Source: a virus (lineage: Duplodnaviria; Heunggongvirae; Uroviricota; Caudoviricetes). From it: DNA of 64,000 nucleotides. The stretch is from positions 1-64,000 of IMG/VR virus record IMGVR_UViG_3300000304_000005; one strand, given 5' to 3'. The notes beneath the pieces were generated by a model. That model had not been told where the DNA came from and searched no databases. It saw nothing but the letters and a program-made list of their open reading frames with translations. Both the position numbers and the translations under genes were made by a program. Every line of letters starts with the position of its first letter. The stretch's first letter is position 1. Shown piece by piece: positions 39,771 through 49,256 of this stretch.

Positions 39771-40271
39771 GTATGGAAACATATGTCTTGGTTGGGTTTT
39801 ACAATTCCACGAGTCGAGACTATTCTTGCTCCTTATGCAGAGAAGTCATATAAGAAGTATTATGATGAATATTTCGATATCGTGAATGAAGATAGCGACG
39901 AAGCAAAAGAGAACGCAGAGAAGTATGCTGATAAAAAGGTATATCGAGATATGGAACAGGGCTTCCAGTCTTGGGAGTATCGATTCAATACTGTTGGTTC
40001 TTCTCGTGGCGATTATCCATTCATTGCCATCTCGTTTGGCATTGGTACAAGCAAGTTCGAGAGAATGGCAAGTGAGGCAGCGCTACGTGTTCGTATGGGC
40101 GGGCAGGGTAAGCCGGGATTTAAGCGTCCAGTCCTATTCCCTAAGCTAACATTCCTTTACGATGAGAATCTTCATGGCGAAGGAAAAGAGCTGGAATATC
40201 TTTTCGATATCGCTATTGAGTGCAGCAGCAAGACAATGTACCCTAAACAAAATTGGGGCTTGGCAGCGTAA
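39771..40271 (+). CDS. nrdD: nrdD exon 2
   Basis: ORF NTVGSSRGDYPFIAISFGIGTS...KRPVLFPKLTFLYDENLHG, class III RNR-like. Frame opens after TAA at 39765. Confidence 0.5.
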   Translation, partial: VWKHMSWLGFTIPRVETILAPYAEKSYKKYYDEYFDIVNEDSDEAKENAEKYADKKVYRDMEQGFQSWEYRFNTVGSSRGDYPFIAISFGIGTSKFERMASEAALRVRMGGQGKPGFKRPVLFPKLTFLYDENLHGEGKELEYLFDIAIECSSKTMYPKQNWGLAA

Positions 40272-41351
40272 GCTACCAAGAAAACTTCGTGAACCTGTAA
40301 TTTCAGGGTGTGTAACTCACGTTAGTAACCGTAGGAAATGACGGCTAAGAGTTATGCTAACAGGGGAATGTTCATTTTATATGAACGCTATCCTGTGGAG
40401 TTTAATCATTATAATCTTGTTTCGATTTACTTGGAGGCAAGATGGATGATAGAAAAATATACTATGTTTATAAATGGATAAGATTAGACATGAATCAAGT
40501 GTTTTATATTGGAAAAGGACACGGTAATAGATATAAAGATAGAAGTATGAGAAATAGGTATTTCAACAATGTTGTCAATAAAGTTGGAATGGATAATATA
40601 GTAATCAAATTTATAGAAACCGATTTAGACGAAGAAACTGCGTTTGAAAAAGAAAGATATTATATTAAATATTATAAAGAGCTTGGACATAGACTAACAA
40701 ATTTAACTAGCGGAGGTGATGGCAGTTCAGACTGGTACTCTTTTCTATCAGACGAAGAAAAAGAGCGGCATAGAGAGATATCTAAAAGTTTCTTGGGCAG
40801 ACACCATACAGAAGAAACGAAAAAGAAAATGAGTAAGTCTATGACTGGTCTTAAACACCGTTTCACAGATGAATCTCGTCAAAGACTGATAGATAGCGTA
40901 AAATCTAGGCCAGCTCCGTTTAAAGGTAAACATCTTTCTGAAGAAACAAAAGAAAAAATAAGACAAACTCGCTTGGGAACACAAAGCAAAAATGCTAAAG
41001 AAGTTTTGGTACTGAATACAGATTACGATATTATTGACAACATTCGTTCAAGAGCAGATACATTTAAGAAATATCAATATGTAAAACAACATGAAATTAG
41101 AAAATGTCTTGAAGGTAACTCAAAGCTTTTCGATACTAAAAATTGTTTGTTTTATCAAAATATATGTTTCATTTATAAACAAGATTATGATAGATTAAAT
41201 TCTCAATCGACTATCGAAACGGTAGCATAAGACGTAGCTTATGTGAGAACGGAGTAGAGTACACATAATGTGAAATTCATTGTGTGGAAGTGCGAAGAAT
41301 CCAATGACAGTTCATTGGATTATGATATAGTCAAAGCCCAACACGTATTGT
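40272..41351 (+). mobile_element. group-I-like intron 2 in nrdD carrying a GIY-YIG homing endonuclease ORF
   Basis: 1.08-kb insert. 5' region shares GGGTGTGTAA...ATGCTAACAGG motifs with introns 1 and 3. Contains a free-standing HEG. Boundaries approximate. Confidence 0.45.
40442..41230 (+). CDS. GIY-YIG homing endonuclease (intron-encoded) with NUMOD3 repeats
   Basis: IYYVYKWIRLDMNQVFYIGKGHGNRY matches the GIY-YIG signature. Repeated HTEETKKKMSKSMTGLKH / LSEETKEKIRQTRLG NUMOD3-like motifs. Confidence 0.65.
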   Translation: MDDRKIYYVYKWIRLDMNQVFYIGKGHGNRYKDRSMRNRYFNNVVNKVGMDNIVIKFIETDLDEETAFEKERYYIKYYKELGHRLTNLTSGGDGSSDWYSFLSDEEKERHREISKSFLGRHHTEETKKKMSKSMTGLKHRFTDESRQRLIDSVKSRPAPFKGKHLSEETKEKIRQTRLGTQSKNAKEVLVLNTDYDIIDNIRSRADTFKKYQYVKQHEIRKCLEGNSKLFDTKNCLFYQNICFIYKQDYDRLNSQSTIETVA

Positions 41352-41462
41352 GAGAGCGTGGTATGGTAACATACATGGGCTTGGATTTTTTAAGTCTCAC
41401 AGGAGAGGGATATATCCCATCTATGTATAAGAAATATGGTAAAGTAGTATCGCTTATGGGTA
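41352..41462 (+). CDS. nrdD: nrdD mini-exon 3 (~37 codons)
   Basis: Open frame ERGMVTYMGLDFLSLTGEGYIPSMYKKYGKVVSLMGK. Ends at GGTAAG|TGAAAATGCAGCC, nearly identical to the exon 1/intron 1 junction. Below the ORF-track size cutoff. Confidence 0.4.
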
Positions 41463-41465
41463 AGT

Positions 41466-41705
41466 GAAAATGCAGCCCATGTAAAACCTATTGAACCTTG
41501 CTTAAAGGGTGTGTGAGAAATCATGCTAACGGATAGGTCTTATGGAGACGAGGGTTTATGATATAAGATGAGTCCGTGCCAAGCCTATAGATAGTCTATA
41601 GGAAGGTGTATCGACCAACTGTGATGAGTGTAGCAGTGTAGGACGGGAGATAAGCACCCGTTCCAAGCAATAGGCTCGATGAAGAATTAGCAATTCTGAG
41701 AGAAC
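41466..41705 (+). mobile_element. group-I-like intron 3 in nrdD (ORF-less)
   Basis: Starts TGAAAATGCAGCCCATGTAAAACCT...GGGTGTGTGA...ATGCTAACGG, which parallels the intron 1 5' region. Boundaries approximate. Confidence 0.4.
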
Positions 41706-41714
41706 ATATGGTCA

Positions 41715-42701
41715 GTGCGAATAGCGATATTCGATAAAACGTGCAGAGCTTCGCTTTCTCCTTGGTACGTCCGTGGTGGAATGGAACCGGCAGACGATGA
41801 TGATTATCCTGTGTTTGAAGGGCGCTGTAATTTGGGAGCGATTTCTCTACATCTGCCAATGATTCTTGCTAAGGCTCTCCAAGAGAATATGGATTTTTAT
41901 GAGGTTCTTGACTATTATCTTGAGATGATTCGTAACCTTCACAAGAGAACTTATGCGTTCCTTGCAGAGAAACCTGCATCTACGAATCCGCTTGCCTTTA
42001 TGCAAGGTGGCCTACTAGGCGGTACGCTTAAAGCAGATGAGAAGATTGGCAAGCTGCTTCCTCCGATGACGATGAGTTTTGGCATCACGGCATTGAACGA
42101 ACTACAAGAGCTATATAACGGCAAGTCACTTGTTGAAGATGGTGAATTCGCTCTTGAAGTGATGCAGTATATCAACGACTATGTAAACCGCATCAAGAAG
42201 GAAGACAATATCCTGTGGGCTGTTTACGGAACTCCTGCCGAGTCGCTATGTGGATTACAGGTAGAACAATTCCGTAAGAAGTATGGCATTGTCAGGGGAG
42301 TATCAGACCGAGAGTATGTTTCTAACTCGTTCCACTGTGGAGTTTGGGAGGACATTACTCCAATTCAGAAGCAAGACTTAGAGGGTAGATTCTGGAATAT
42401 GTTCAATGGTGGTAAGATTCAATATTGTCGCTATCCTGTTTCATACAACCATGAAGCACAGAAGACCCTTGTTCGTCGTGGTATGCAGAAGGGATTCTAT
42501 GAGGGGTGCAACCTAGCGCTTTCATATTGCGAAGATTGTGGTTATGAGCAGCTTGAAATGGATGTATGTCCTAAGTGTGGTAGTGAAAACATCACGCAGA
42601 TTGACCGCATGAACGGGTATATTGGATATACTAAGATTCATGGTAAGAGTCGTTATAACCATGCTAAGGTTGTAGAAATCAAAGAACGCAAAAGCATGTA
42701 G
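41715..42701 (+). CDS. nrdD: nrdD final exon (C-terminal half with Zn-ribbon and glycyl-radical motif)
   Basis: CEDCGYE...CPKCGSE Zn ribbon. Glycyl radical motif DRMNGYIGYT (RxxGY). The listed start is a GTG. The true exon begins around 41700-41715. Confidence 0.6.
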   Translation: MRIAIFDKTCRASLSPWYVRGGMEPADDDDYPVFEGRCNLGAISLHLPMILAKALQENMDFYEVLDYYLEMIRNLHKRTYAFLAEKPASTNPLAFMQGGLLGGTLKADEKIGKLLPPMTMSFGITALNELQELYNGKSLVEDGEFALEVMQYINDYVNRIKKEDNILWAVYGTPAESLCGLQVEQFRKKYGIVRGVSDREYVSNSFHCGVWEDITPIQKQDLEGRFWNMFNGGKIQYCRYPVSYNHEAQKTLVRRGMQKGFYEGCNLALSYCEDCGYEQLEMDVCPKCGSENITQIDRMNGYIGYTKIHGKSRYNHAKVVEIKERKSM

Positions 42702-42704
42702 TCT

Positions 42705-43226
42705 GTGAGGTGTTGTACAATGAACTATCATATGATTAGAACAGACGATATGCTTAACGGCGATGGACTAAGAGTAGTTGTCTTCCTTGCAATGTGCGAC
42801 CATCATTGTCCCGGATGTCATAACCCAGAGACATGGAACGGATATGGCAGCAAACCATTTGACGAAGAAGCCAAAAATATGGTATATGCAGAGCTTGACA
42901 AGGATTATATTTCTGGCATTACTTTGTCTGGCGGTGACCCATTGAACGAAGCTAATATCGATGATGTCCTTGAGTTAATCAAAGATATTAGAATTAAATA
43001 TCCCAACAAGACCATATGGCTCTATACGGGATTTTCGTGGGAGAAAATTGTTTCTAATGTAAAACTGTATAATATTGCAAGATTGTGTGACGTTGTTGTT
43101 GACGGTAGATTTGTTCAAGAGCTTGCAGATGTCAATTATCCTTGGGCTGGTTCAACGAATCAAAGAGTAATTGATATTAATAAAACAATGGCTAATCAGA
43201 AGCTTACATTGCTTAATAATAGTTAG
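42705..43226 (+). CDS. nrdG: anaerobic RNR activating enzyme (radical SAM)
   Basis: MCDHHCPGCHNPETW (Cx3Cx2C). 173 aa. Immediately downstream of nrdD. Confidence 0.7.
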   Translation: MRCCTMNYHMIRTDDMLNGDGLRVVVFLAMCDHHCPGCHNPETWNGYGSKPFDEEAKNMVYAELDKDYISGITLSGGDPLNEANIDDVLELIKDIRIKYPNKTIWLYTGFSWEKIVSNVKLYNIARLCDVVVDGRFVQELADVNYPWAGSTNQRVIDINKTMANQKLTLLNNS

Positions 43227-43234
43227 GCTTTACA

Positions 43235-44356
43235 ATGATTGGCATATATAAGATTACAAATCTTCTTAATGGTAAATGTTATATCGGTCAAAGCGTAGAT
43301 ATTGAGAGGCGTGTTCGGGACCATATAAAAGCATCTAAAAGTGAGTATTCGACAGAATACGATTCCCCTATTCACAAATCTATACGAATTCATGGCGTTA
43401 AAAACTTTTCCTTTGAGACTATAGAAGAGTGTAAAGCGGAACAGCTTAATGATAAAGAGATATATTGGATACAATATTATGACACGTATTTACACGGATA
43501 CAACCAAACAATTGGAGGCAATATTGGAGACAGCGTAAAACGAGCTGTGTGCGGATATGATTTTAAGGGGAATAAACTTTACGAATATAATACAATACGT
43601 GAGGCTGAAAAAGTTCACGCTCGTGGTATTTGTGAAAGCTGTATAAACAGAACACAAGATAGAACAGCAAATGGATACTATTGGTTCTATAAAGATGATG
43701 TGAATGGTTTATCAGAAGAAGAAGTTTTCCAAATGATTTTCGAGCGTTCTCCTACTGTTTGTTGTCAGCTAGATAAAGATACTGGCGAATTGATTGATGA
43801 ATATTTTACTGCCAAAGAAGCAGCGGAAGCGCTTGGATATAATTCAATAGGAAACATAACTTCTTGTTGTCTCGGAAATAGAAGAATTGCTGTTGATTTT
43901 CAATGGTGTTATAGAAGGGATTTAAAAAACAGAATAAATAAGCAACCCCCTCCTGTAAACACTTACAGCAAACCTGTTACTCAATATAGGTTATCTGGCA
44001 TGAAACTAAAAGAATGGGAAAGCGGTAGGGTGGCAGCAATAGCAACTGGATGTTCTGATGCTCATCTATCACAAGTGTGCAATGGCAAGAGACAACAGTG
44101 TGGGGGATATCAATGGAGATACACATCTGATAATATAGAACAGCTTGAAGATATAAGAACCGAGACAGTTATTGATTTAGATACAAACTATATTTTCCCA
44201 ACAATTAATCATGCAGCGAAACATTTTAATATTGCACATCAAACAATGAAGAAGATATGTTTGGGAGAAACAGATAGATATCCAGATATTCATGCTGTTT
44301 TTATACTATTAGATTCACCAGAAATGCAAAACACGACAGAAGCGGATGACAACTAA
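43235..44356 (+). CDS. GIY-YIG homing endonuclease
   Basis: MIGIYKITNLLNGKCYIGQSVDIERRVRDH matches the GIY-YIG signature. C-terminal repeated HTH-like modules. Confidence 0.55.
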   Translation: MIGIYKITNLLNGKCYIGQSVDIERRVRDHIKASKSEYSTEYDSPIHKSIRIHGVKNFSFETIEECKAEQLNDKEIYWIQYYDTYLHGYNQTIGGNIGDSVKRAVCGYDFKGNKLYEYNTIREAEKVHARGICESCINRTQDRTANGYYWFYKDDVNGLSEEEVFQMIFERSPTVCCQLDKDTGELIDEYFTAKEAAEALGYNSIGNITSCCLGNRRIAVDFQWCYRRDLKNRINKQPPPVNTYSKPVTQYRLSGMKLKEWESGRVAAIATGCSDAHLSQVCNGKRQQCGGYQWRYTSDNIEQLEDIRTETVIDLDTNYIFPTINHAAKHFNIAHQTMKKICLGETDRYPDIHAVFILLDSPEMQNTTEADDN

Positions 44357-44697
44357 CGTCATATGCAACAATGCAATATTCTGCAATTCGCAATATATGA
44401 CAACGACGGCGCAGACAAAAAACAAACAAGCCAATCAGGTGTGTAGAACATATGAATACAAAACATCTCACAACAACATGTTCTGCGCCGTCGTATAATT
44501 ATCTCGTCAGCAAAAGAACATAACAAAAGGAGAACAATGAGCACATATGAGGTGACGAGAACAAGCTCGTATAAAATACACTTATGAAATCTATGATGAT
44601 TGGCATGAATAATGAAGTTATATATTTATCGAACAACAAAATTTAATAAACTTCCATATGATGTAAATTAGTATATTGAAATTTACAACTAACGTCT

Positions 44698-44707
44698 AAG
44701 GTTATAT
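44698..44707 (+). promoter_or_regulatory. AAGGTTATAT promoter-like motif (copy 6)
   Basis: Same 10-mer as at 14923, 18545, 19789, 20613 and 23911. Confidence 0.35.
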
Positions 44708-44846
44708 ACAAGCGGCACATTCTGATTATATCTAAGAAATATATGTAAGAATTATGAACACGTTAATTGTTAAATAAATACAGAGTGTGCCGCTGTATTA
44801 TTAAACAGCCATCATAAACAACAAAACTATAGAAAGGTGTAAAAGT

Positions 44847-45515
44847 ATGAAGACAACTGGTGTTACCGAGATGAAGCACATTGCCAACGATTATCCAGTA
44901 GAATGCGTTCCAAGCAACTACCCAGAAAATATCGACACGCCATCAAGTGATAACGACTTTGCATATTTAAAGGCGCTATATGAGAAGCAAAATAATCCTC
45001 GGTTTGAGATTGTATCATTTGAGCAATTCAAGAATGATTGGCTTGATGCTTTCAAGGGGCTATGGGATGAAGATAATGAGAACGATATGAATGATATCAA
45101 GTACATCTATAACTGCCTAACCATCCCAAGTCGTTCAACTAAGCACAGTGCAGGATATGATTTCAAGTCTCCAATCAATTTCAAGCTTCAGCCCGGTGAA
45201 TCAATCATGATTCCAACTGGTATCCGCTCTTATATGCCAAAGAATATGGTACTGATGATTTTCCCTCGTAGCGGACTAGGCACAAAGTATCGGCTAGGAC
45301 TTTGTAACACTGCGAGCGTAATCGACAGTGATTATTTTTATTCTAATAATGAAGGACATATTTACATTAAAATGATTAATGAAGGAGACAAGGTGGTCAC
45401 AGTTGACCAAGGTCAGGCATTCGTACAGGGAATCTTTATTGAATACTTCACTACCTATGATGATAATGCAGATGGTGTCCGTACTGGCGGCATGGGAAGC
45501 ACCGATAAGAAGTAG
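44847..45515 (+). CDS. dut: dUTPase / dCTP deaminase family protein
   Basis: Motifs IMIPTGIRSY, PRSGLGTKYRL, TASVIDSDY (dUTPase motif III-like), GDKVVTVDQGQAFVQ. Confidence 0.55.
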   Translation: MKTTGVTEMKHIANDYPVECVPSNYPENIDTPSSDNDFAYLKALYEKQNNPRFEIVSFEQFKNDWLDAFKGLWDEDNENDMNDIKYIYNCLTIPSRSTKHSAGYDFKSPINFKLQPGESIMIPTGIRSYMPKNMVLMIFPRSGLGTKYRLGLCNTASVIDSDYFYSNNEGHIYIKMINEGDKVVTVDQGQAFVQGIFIEYFTTYDDNADGVRTGGMGSTDKK

Positions 45516-45524
45516 GTATAATTA

Positions 45525-45827
45525 ATGAAAATCTTAAATATGCCACGCGGAGCTGGGAAAACCACAAAGCTTATTCATGCAAGTGAAGTTGCCGGCTATC
45601 CAATTCTATGCTCAAATCTTTTCATGGTTGACAACGTAAAGAAGATGGCAGAAGAGATGAGATGCGATATTCCCAAACCAATGACTGTTGCTGATTTTAG
45701 GCATAAATTTTATCAAGATGAGAATGTGCTTGTCGATGAAATCCTTGCCAACAATCTATTGGCAACTGCATTGAATCAATATATCGGTGCAAATGTAGTT
45801 GCTTGCACGATGACTCTAGAAAGTTAA
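45525..45827 (+). CDS. hypothetical P-loop protein
   Basis: MPRGAGKTTKLIH Walker-A-like. 100 aa. Confidence 0.3.
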   Translation: MKILNMPRGAGKTTKLIHASEVAGYPILCSNLFMVDNVKKMAEEMRCDIPKPMTVADFRHKFYQDENVLVDEILANNLLATALNQYIGANVVACTMTLES

Positions 45828-45834
45828 GGACAAT

Positions 45835-46194
45835 ATGTTTGAAACGACTGATTGGGGAGCAACATATATGAAGTTTGGCTATGGGGATATCACCGTAGGC
45901 CCATCATTTGACGATAATGTATGTTCTCTACTTTTTATCGATAATGGTAAAGAACCCGATGAGAACTTTGTATTAAGTGGATACGAAAATGTTTATCAGC
46001 CTAATACTCCTGAGTGGTATGAATATGAACATGATTGGTATGACAACGAAAGATGGAAAAACATCAGAGTTGCCATGAAATATCGTTGTGATACCGAACA
46101 GCATACAGCACAATCAATTAAAGTTCTCGATAGACAAATAGAATATCTAAATATGATTAAGAATCATCTTATTGAAAAATTAAATATGAATTAA
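45835..46194 (+). CDS. hypothetical protein
   Basis: 119-aa ORF. Confidence 0.35.
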   Translation: MFETTDWGATYMKFGYGDITVGPSFDDNVCSLLFIDNGKEPDENFVLSGYENVYQPNTPEWYEYEHDWYDNERWKNIRVAMKYRCDTEQHTAQSIKVLDRQIEYLNMIKNHLIEKLNMN

Positions 46195-46202
46195 ATGTGG
46201 AG

Positions 46203-46240
46203 ATAGGGGCGGTGCAAAACTATCGCCCCTACTTGTTATA
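46203..46240 (+). terminator. rho-independent terminator
   Basis: TAGGGGCG...CGCCCCTA hairpin followed by CTTGTTATAT. Confidence 0.45.
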
Positions 46241-46274
46241 TAATGCTTCTAGTCATAATTATGATTGGAGGTAT

Positions 46275-46574
46275 ATGAAAGAAACGAAATTTATCCAAGC
46301 AACAGATGATTGGTATCCGTGTTATGAAGGAAACAAAGTTAGGTTAACCATTGTGCTTTTGTACAATTCAGATAAACAATATAGCAAATATAACTGCATA
46401 AAGATTATTGCTGCTGGCGCTGATGATTATTATCTTGAAGCAGAGTATCATAGCAAATCTAAAACAACATTAGAATTGATGTATCTCACATGGGCAAAAC
46501 AAATATTTAATGAAGCTCATGACGGAATCAATAAACAATGGTTTTTAAGCAGAGGGTTAGAAAGAGGTATTTAA
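46275..46574 (+). CDS. hypothetical protein (start moved to internal Met after the terminator hairpin)
   Basis: RBS GGAGG 7 nt upstream of ATG at 46275. The upstream part of the listed ORF overlaps a terminator hairpin. Confidence 0.35.
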   Translation: MKETKFIQATDDWYPCYEGNKVRLTIVLLYNSDKQYSKYNCIKIIAAGADDYYLEAEYHSKSKTTLELMYLTWAKQIFNEAHDGINKQWFLSRGLERGI

Positions 46575-47024
46575 ATGACTTGGTATGTTAATCCTATGCC
46601 GAATATTGGTGATACTTGGGATATCACGGAAAAATTCGATACAAAAAAAGAAGCTATCGAATACGGCATTCAAGAATATAAAGACCATCTTGCAGGAATC
46701 TCAACAGAACTATTTGATAACGACTACAATTATCCAGACTCTCCGTCCAGCTGGTTTGAAATAGGTGAGAGGATGGATTTCATACCAGAAGTTTATGCCG
46801 ATTTAATAATTGAGCAAGTTGTAGAACAAGCATATTGTCAATGTGGCGAAGTTTCAGAAGATTGGCTTCGTTGGGATACCATTACAAAAGAACAGCTAAA
46901 AGAACTACAAGATAATATGCAAAAGGTGTTTGATGAATGGCTAAAAAAGCATGACCTTGAACCCACATTCTATAACATTATTAACATTGAAGAGATTGAT
47001 GCGAAGAATTATGTACGGGAGTGA
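46575..47024 (+). CDS. hypothetical protein
   Basis: 149-aa acidic ORF. Confidence 0.35.
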   Translation: MTWYVNPMPNIGDTWDITEKFDTKKEAIEYGIQEYKDHLAGISTELFDNDYNYPDSPSSWFEIGERMDFIPEVYADLIIEQVVEQAYCQCGEVSEDWLRWDTITKEQLKELQDNMQKVFDEWLKKHDLEPTFYNIINIEEIDAKNYVRE

Positions 47025-47391
47025 TATATTGCAGAAAGTAAAATTAAATTCGCATAATACGAATGCAGCAATCAAAGCGCATATTCTTGATGACAAACAT
47101 ATGCGAGAAATTGGATTCACGGACCATAATCCTGATGTGTGGTATTATTGGCGTTTTATGCCTAAGCCATATGACATAAGTTTTAACGTAACGATTCCCA
47201 AAGATGGTTCCGATATCAAAATCGATGTTCTTGATGAAAGTTTCTTGCAGATATATGATTTTCAATATTATCTATCTAAGAATCCTGCAAACAAGTTTGC
47301 GCTTGATGTTCAAAAATTTGTATATGAGCAAATGGAGTATCTTATGAAGCACAGTATCCTTAGCAATTGGAAACCCGGAGACTACATCTAA
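46951..47391 (+). CDS. hypothetical protein
   Basis: 146-aa ORF overlapping the previous 3' end. Alternative downstream start possible. Confidence 0.3.
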   Translation: MTLNPHSITLLTLKRLMRRIMYGSDILQKVKLNSHNTNAAIKAHILDDKHMREIGFTDHNPDVWYYWRFMPKPYDISFNVTIPKDGSDIKIDVLDESFLQIYDFQYYLSKNPANKFALDVQKFVYEQMEYLMKHSILSNWKPGDYI

Positions 47392-47409
47392 GAATAATAT
47401 GGTGATTAT

Positions 47410-48090
47410 ATGGCAAATTATATGATGCGATATAAAGGTAAATATCGCGTGTTATGTGAACTCGACATGGACACGAATGATTTTCCTCGTAATTCTGATG
47501 GCAAGATAGATGATGACGTTGGTTTGTATATTCCATGTAAGTATAACGGTAAAATCTATGCTTACGGACGTGAAGGCAAGTATATGCAGCTATGTGCTTA
47601 TATCCCATCTCGTACACGCGGGCGCAATATCAAGAAGCAAATGAACAAAGACAAGGTACCTTATCATCATTATGATGAGACAGATGAGGAAGTATCCTTC
47701 CTATTTCCATCGACAGAAATTGACATTGTAGCTAAACTTGTAGGCGCAAAAGTGTCGGGGGCTAATATCAGTCCGTTCTCGTCAAAAAACTTACCTCGTA
47801 CCAAAGTTGAAATACCAACTGATAAAATGCAAGTATATAAAAATATTACGTCTCGTTTAAATCGTAATGATATGTTGGTCATCAAAGCAATCAACAAGTC
47901 ATTTATGGATGAAATCCTTGCAAAAAAACTGCGTCCCAAGGGGCAACGCAAACCATATGATTATCGTGAAGAACAGAAAAAACTAGGACTTGCAAGAGAT
48001 GTAAAAGGGTATATTTATGAAAAAGGAATGATAGATGAATATCTATCTTACCTAGATGAAAAAGTAACCGAACATCTGAACAAGCAGTAG
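47410..48090 (+). CDS. hypothetical protein
   Basis: 226-aa ORF. Confidence 0.4.
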   Translation: MANYMMRYKGKYRVLCELDMDTNDFPRNSDGKIDDDVGLYIPCKYNGKIYAYGREGKYMQLCAYIPSRTRGRNIKKQMNKDKVPYHHYDETDEEVSFLFPSTEIDIVAKLVGAKVSGANISPFSSKNLPRTKVEIPTDKMQVYKNITSRLNRNDMLVIKAINKSFMDEILAKKLRPKGQRKPYDYREEQKKLGLARDVKGYIYEKGMIDEYLSYLDEKVTEHLNKQ

Positions 48091-48243
48091 AAAGGAAATA
48101 CTATGAACACTATCGCAATGCTAGAAGCCCGCAAGAATCGTCTGATGCGTAATGGTAAGAATTCTGAGGGGCAAGGCGTACTCCGCAAGATTGAGCGCGA
48201 AATCAGGAAGCTGAAGACTTCTTCTCAAATGTAAGGAATTGTT

Positions 48244-48531
48244 ATGCGTGAACAGACTAAAATTCCACGCTGTTGTGCTAACTGCCAGTGTTGGGATGTA
48301 TTAAATGAAAACGAAATTTATGAGTATTATGATTGCGCAGAAGGAACTTGCCATCGATACCCGGTAAATATTAAATGCATTATTGGGCATGATATGAATA
48401 AAAATGAAATTTATGATGTACACTCTTCATATAAAGATACGCCTCTTATGACACACCCAGTAACATTTGCAGGTGATTGGTGTTTTGAATATATCCCAAG
48501 CGATACTCCGCGCTTTATCGGTGATATTTAA
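48244..48531 (+). CDS. hypothetical Cys-rich protein
   Basis: 95-aa ORF with CCANCQC...C...C pattern. Confidence 0.3.
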   Translation: MREQTKIPRCCANCQCWDVLNENEIYEYYDCAEGTCHRYPVNIKCIIGHDMNKNEIYDVHSSYKDTPLMTHPVTFAGDWCFEYIPSDTPRFIGDI

Positions 48532-48544
48532 CAAATAAATATAT

Positions 48545-49243
48545 ATGCTAAAAGGAGATGATATGGATAATGATAATGATATATATAAAATAAATTATTA
48601 TATATATATGACACAAAATATTATTACTAATAAAAAATATATTGGTAAAAGAATGTGCAGATGCAACATTGAAGATGATAAATATTTAGGAAGCGGTAAG
48701 ATATTAAAGCAAGCAATTAAAAAATATGGCAAAGAAAACTTTAAAAAAACTATACTAGAAATCTGTAGCACAGAAGAACAATTAAATCGCAGAGAAAAAT
48801 ATTGGATAAAACATTTTAACGCCTGTGCCAGTGATTCATTTTATAATATAGCAAAAGGCGGCGATGGCGGAGATACGTTTACACACTTGCCTATAGAAGA
48901 ACAAAACAGAATAAAAGAAATACAAAGTCAATGTAGTTCAGGGCATAATAATCCTATGTATGGCAAACACCATACACAAAGCACCAAAGAAAAAATACGT
49001 CTTGGACAGCAAAAATATTTAAATTCTAATAAAAAATGGGGTAAATCAGGAATGACAGGAGAATTAAATTCTTTGTCGCAAGATATTAAATGCCTCGAAA
49101 CAAATAAAAGTTTTCATGGTATAAGAGAAGCTTCTCGAATAACAGGAATACCAGCTCCTAATATTATCAGGTCATTAAAAAGCAATGGATACTATTCAGC
49201 TGGTAAATTAAACGGAAACAAATTACATTGGGTGTATTGTTAA
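48545..49243 (+). CDS. GIY-YIG homing endonuclease with NUMOD3
   Basis: YYIYMTQNIITNKKYIGKRM...YLGSGKIL matches GIY-YIG. NPMYGKHHTQSTKEKIR is a NUMOD3-like motif. Confidence 0.55.
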   Translation: MLKGDDMDNDNDIYKINYYIYMTQNIITNKKYIGKRMCRCNIEDDKYLGSGKILKQAIKKYGKENFKKTILEICSTEEQLNRREKYWIKHFNACASDSFYNIAKGGDGGDTFTHLPIEEQNRIKEIQSQCSSGHNNPMYGKHHTQSTKEKIRLGQQKYLNSNKKWGKSGMTGELNSLSQDIKCLETNKSFHGIREASRITGIPAPNIIRSLKSNGYYSAGKLNGNKLHWVYC

Positions 49244-49256
49244 AGGAGATAGATGC

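Noticed and set aside
46197-46274. Upstream extension of ORF 46197..46574
   Set aside because: It overlaps a strong terminator hairpin. An internal ATG at 46275 has a GGAGG RBS.
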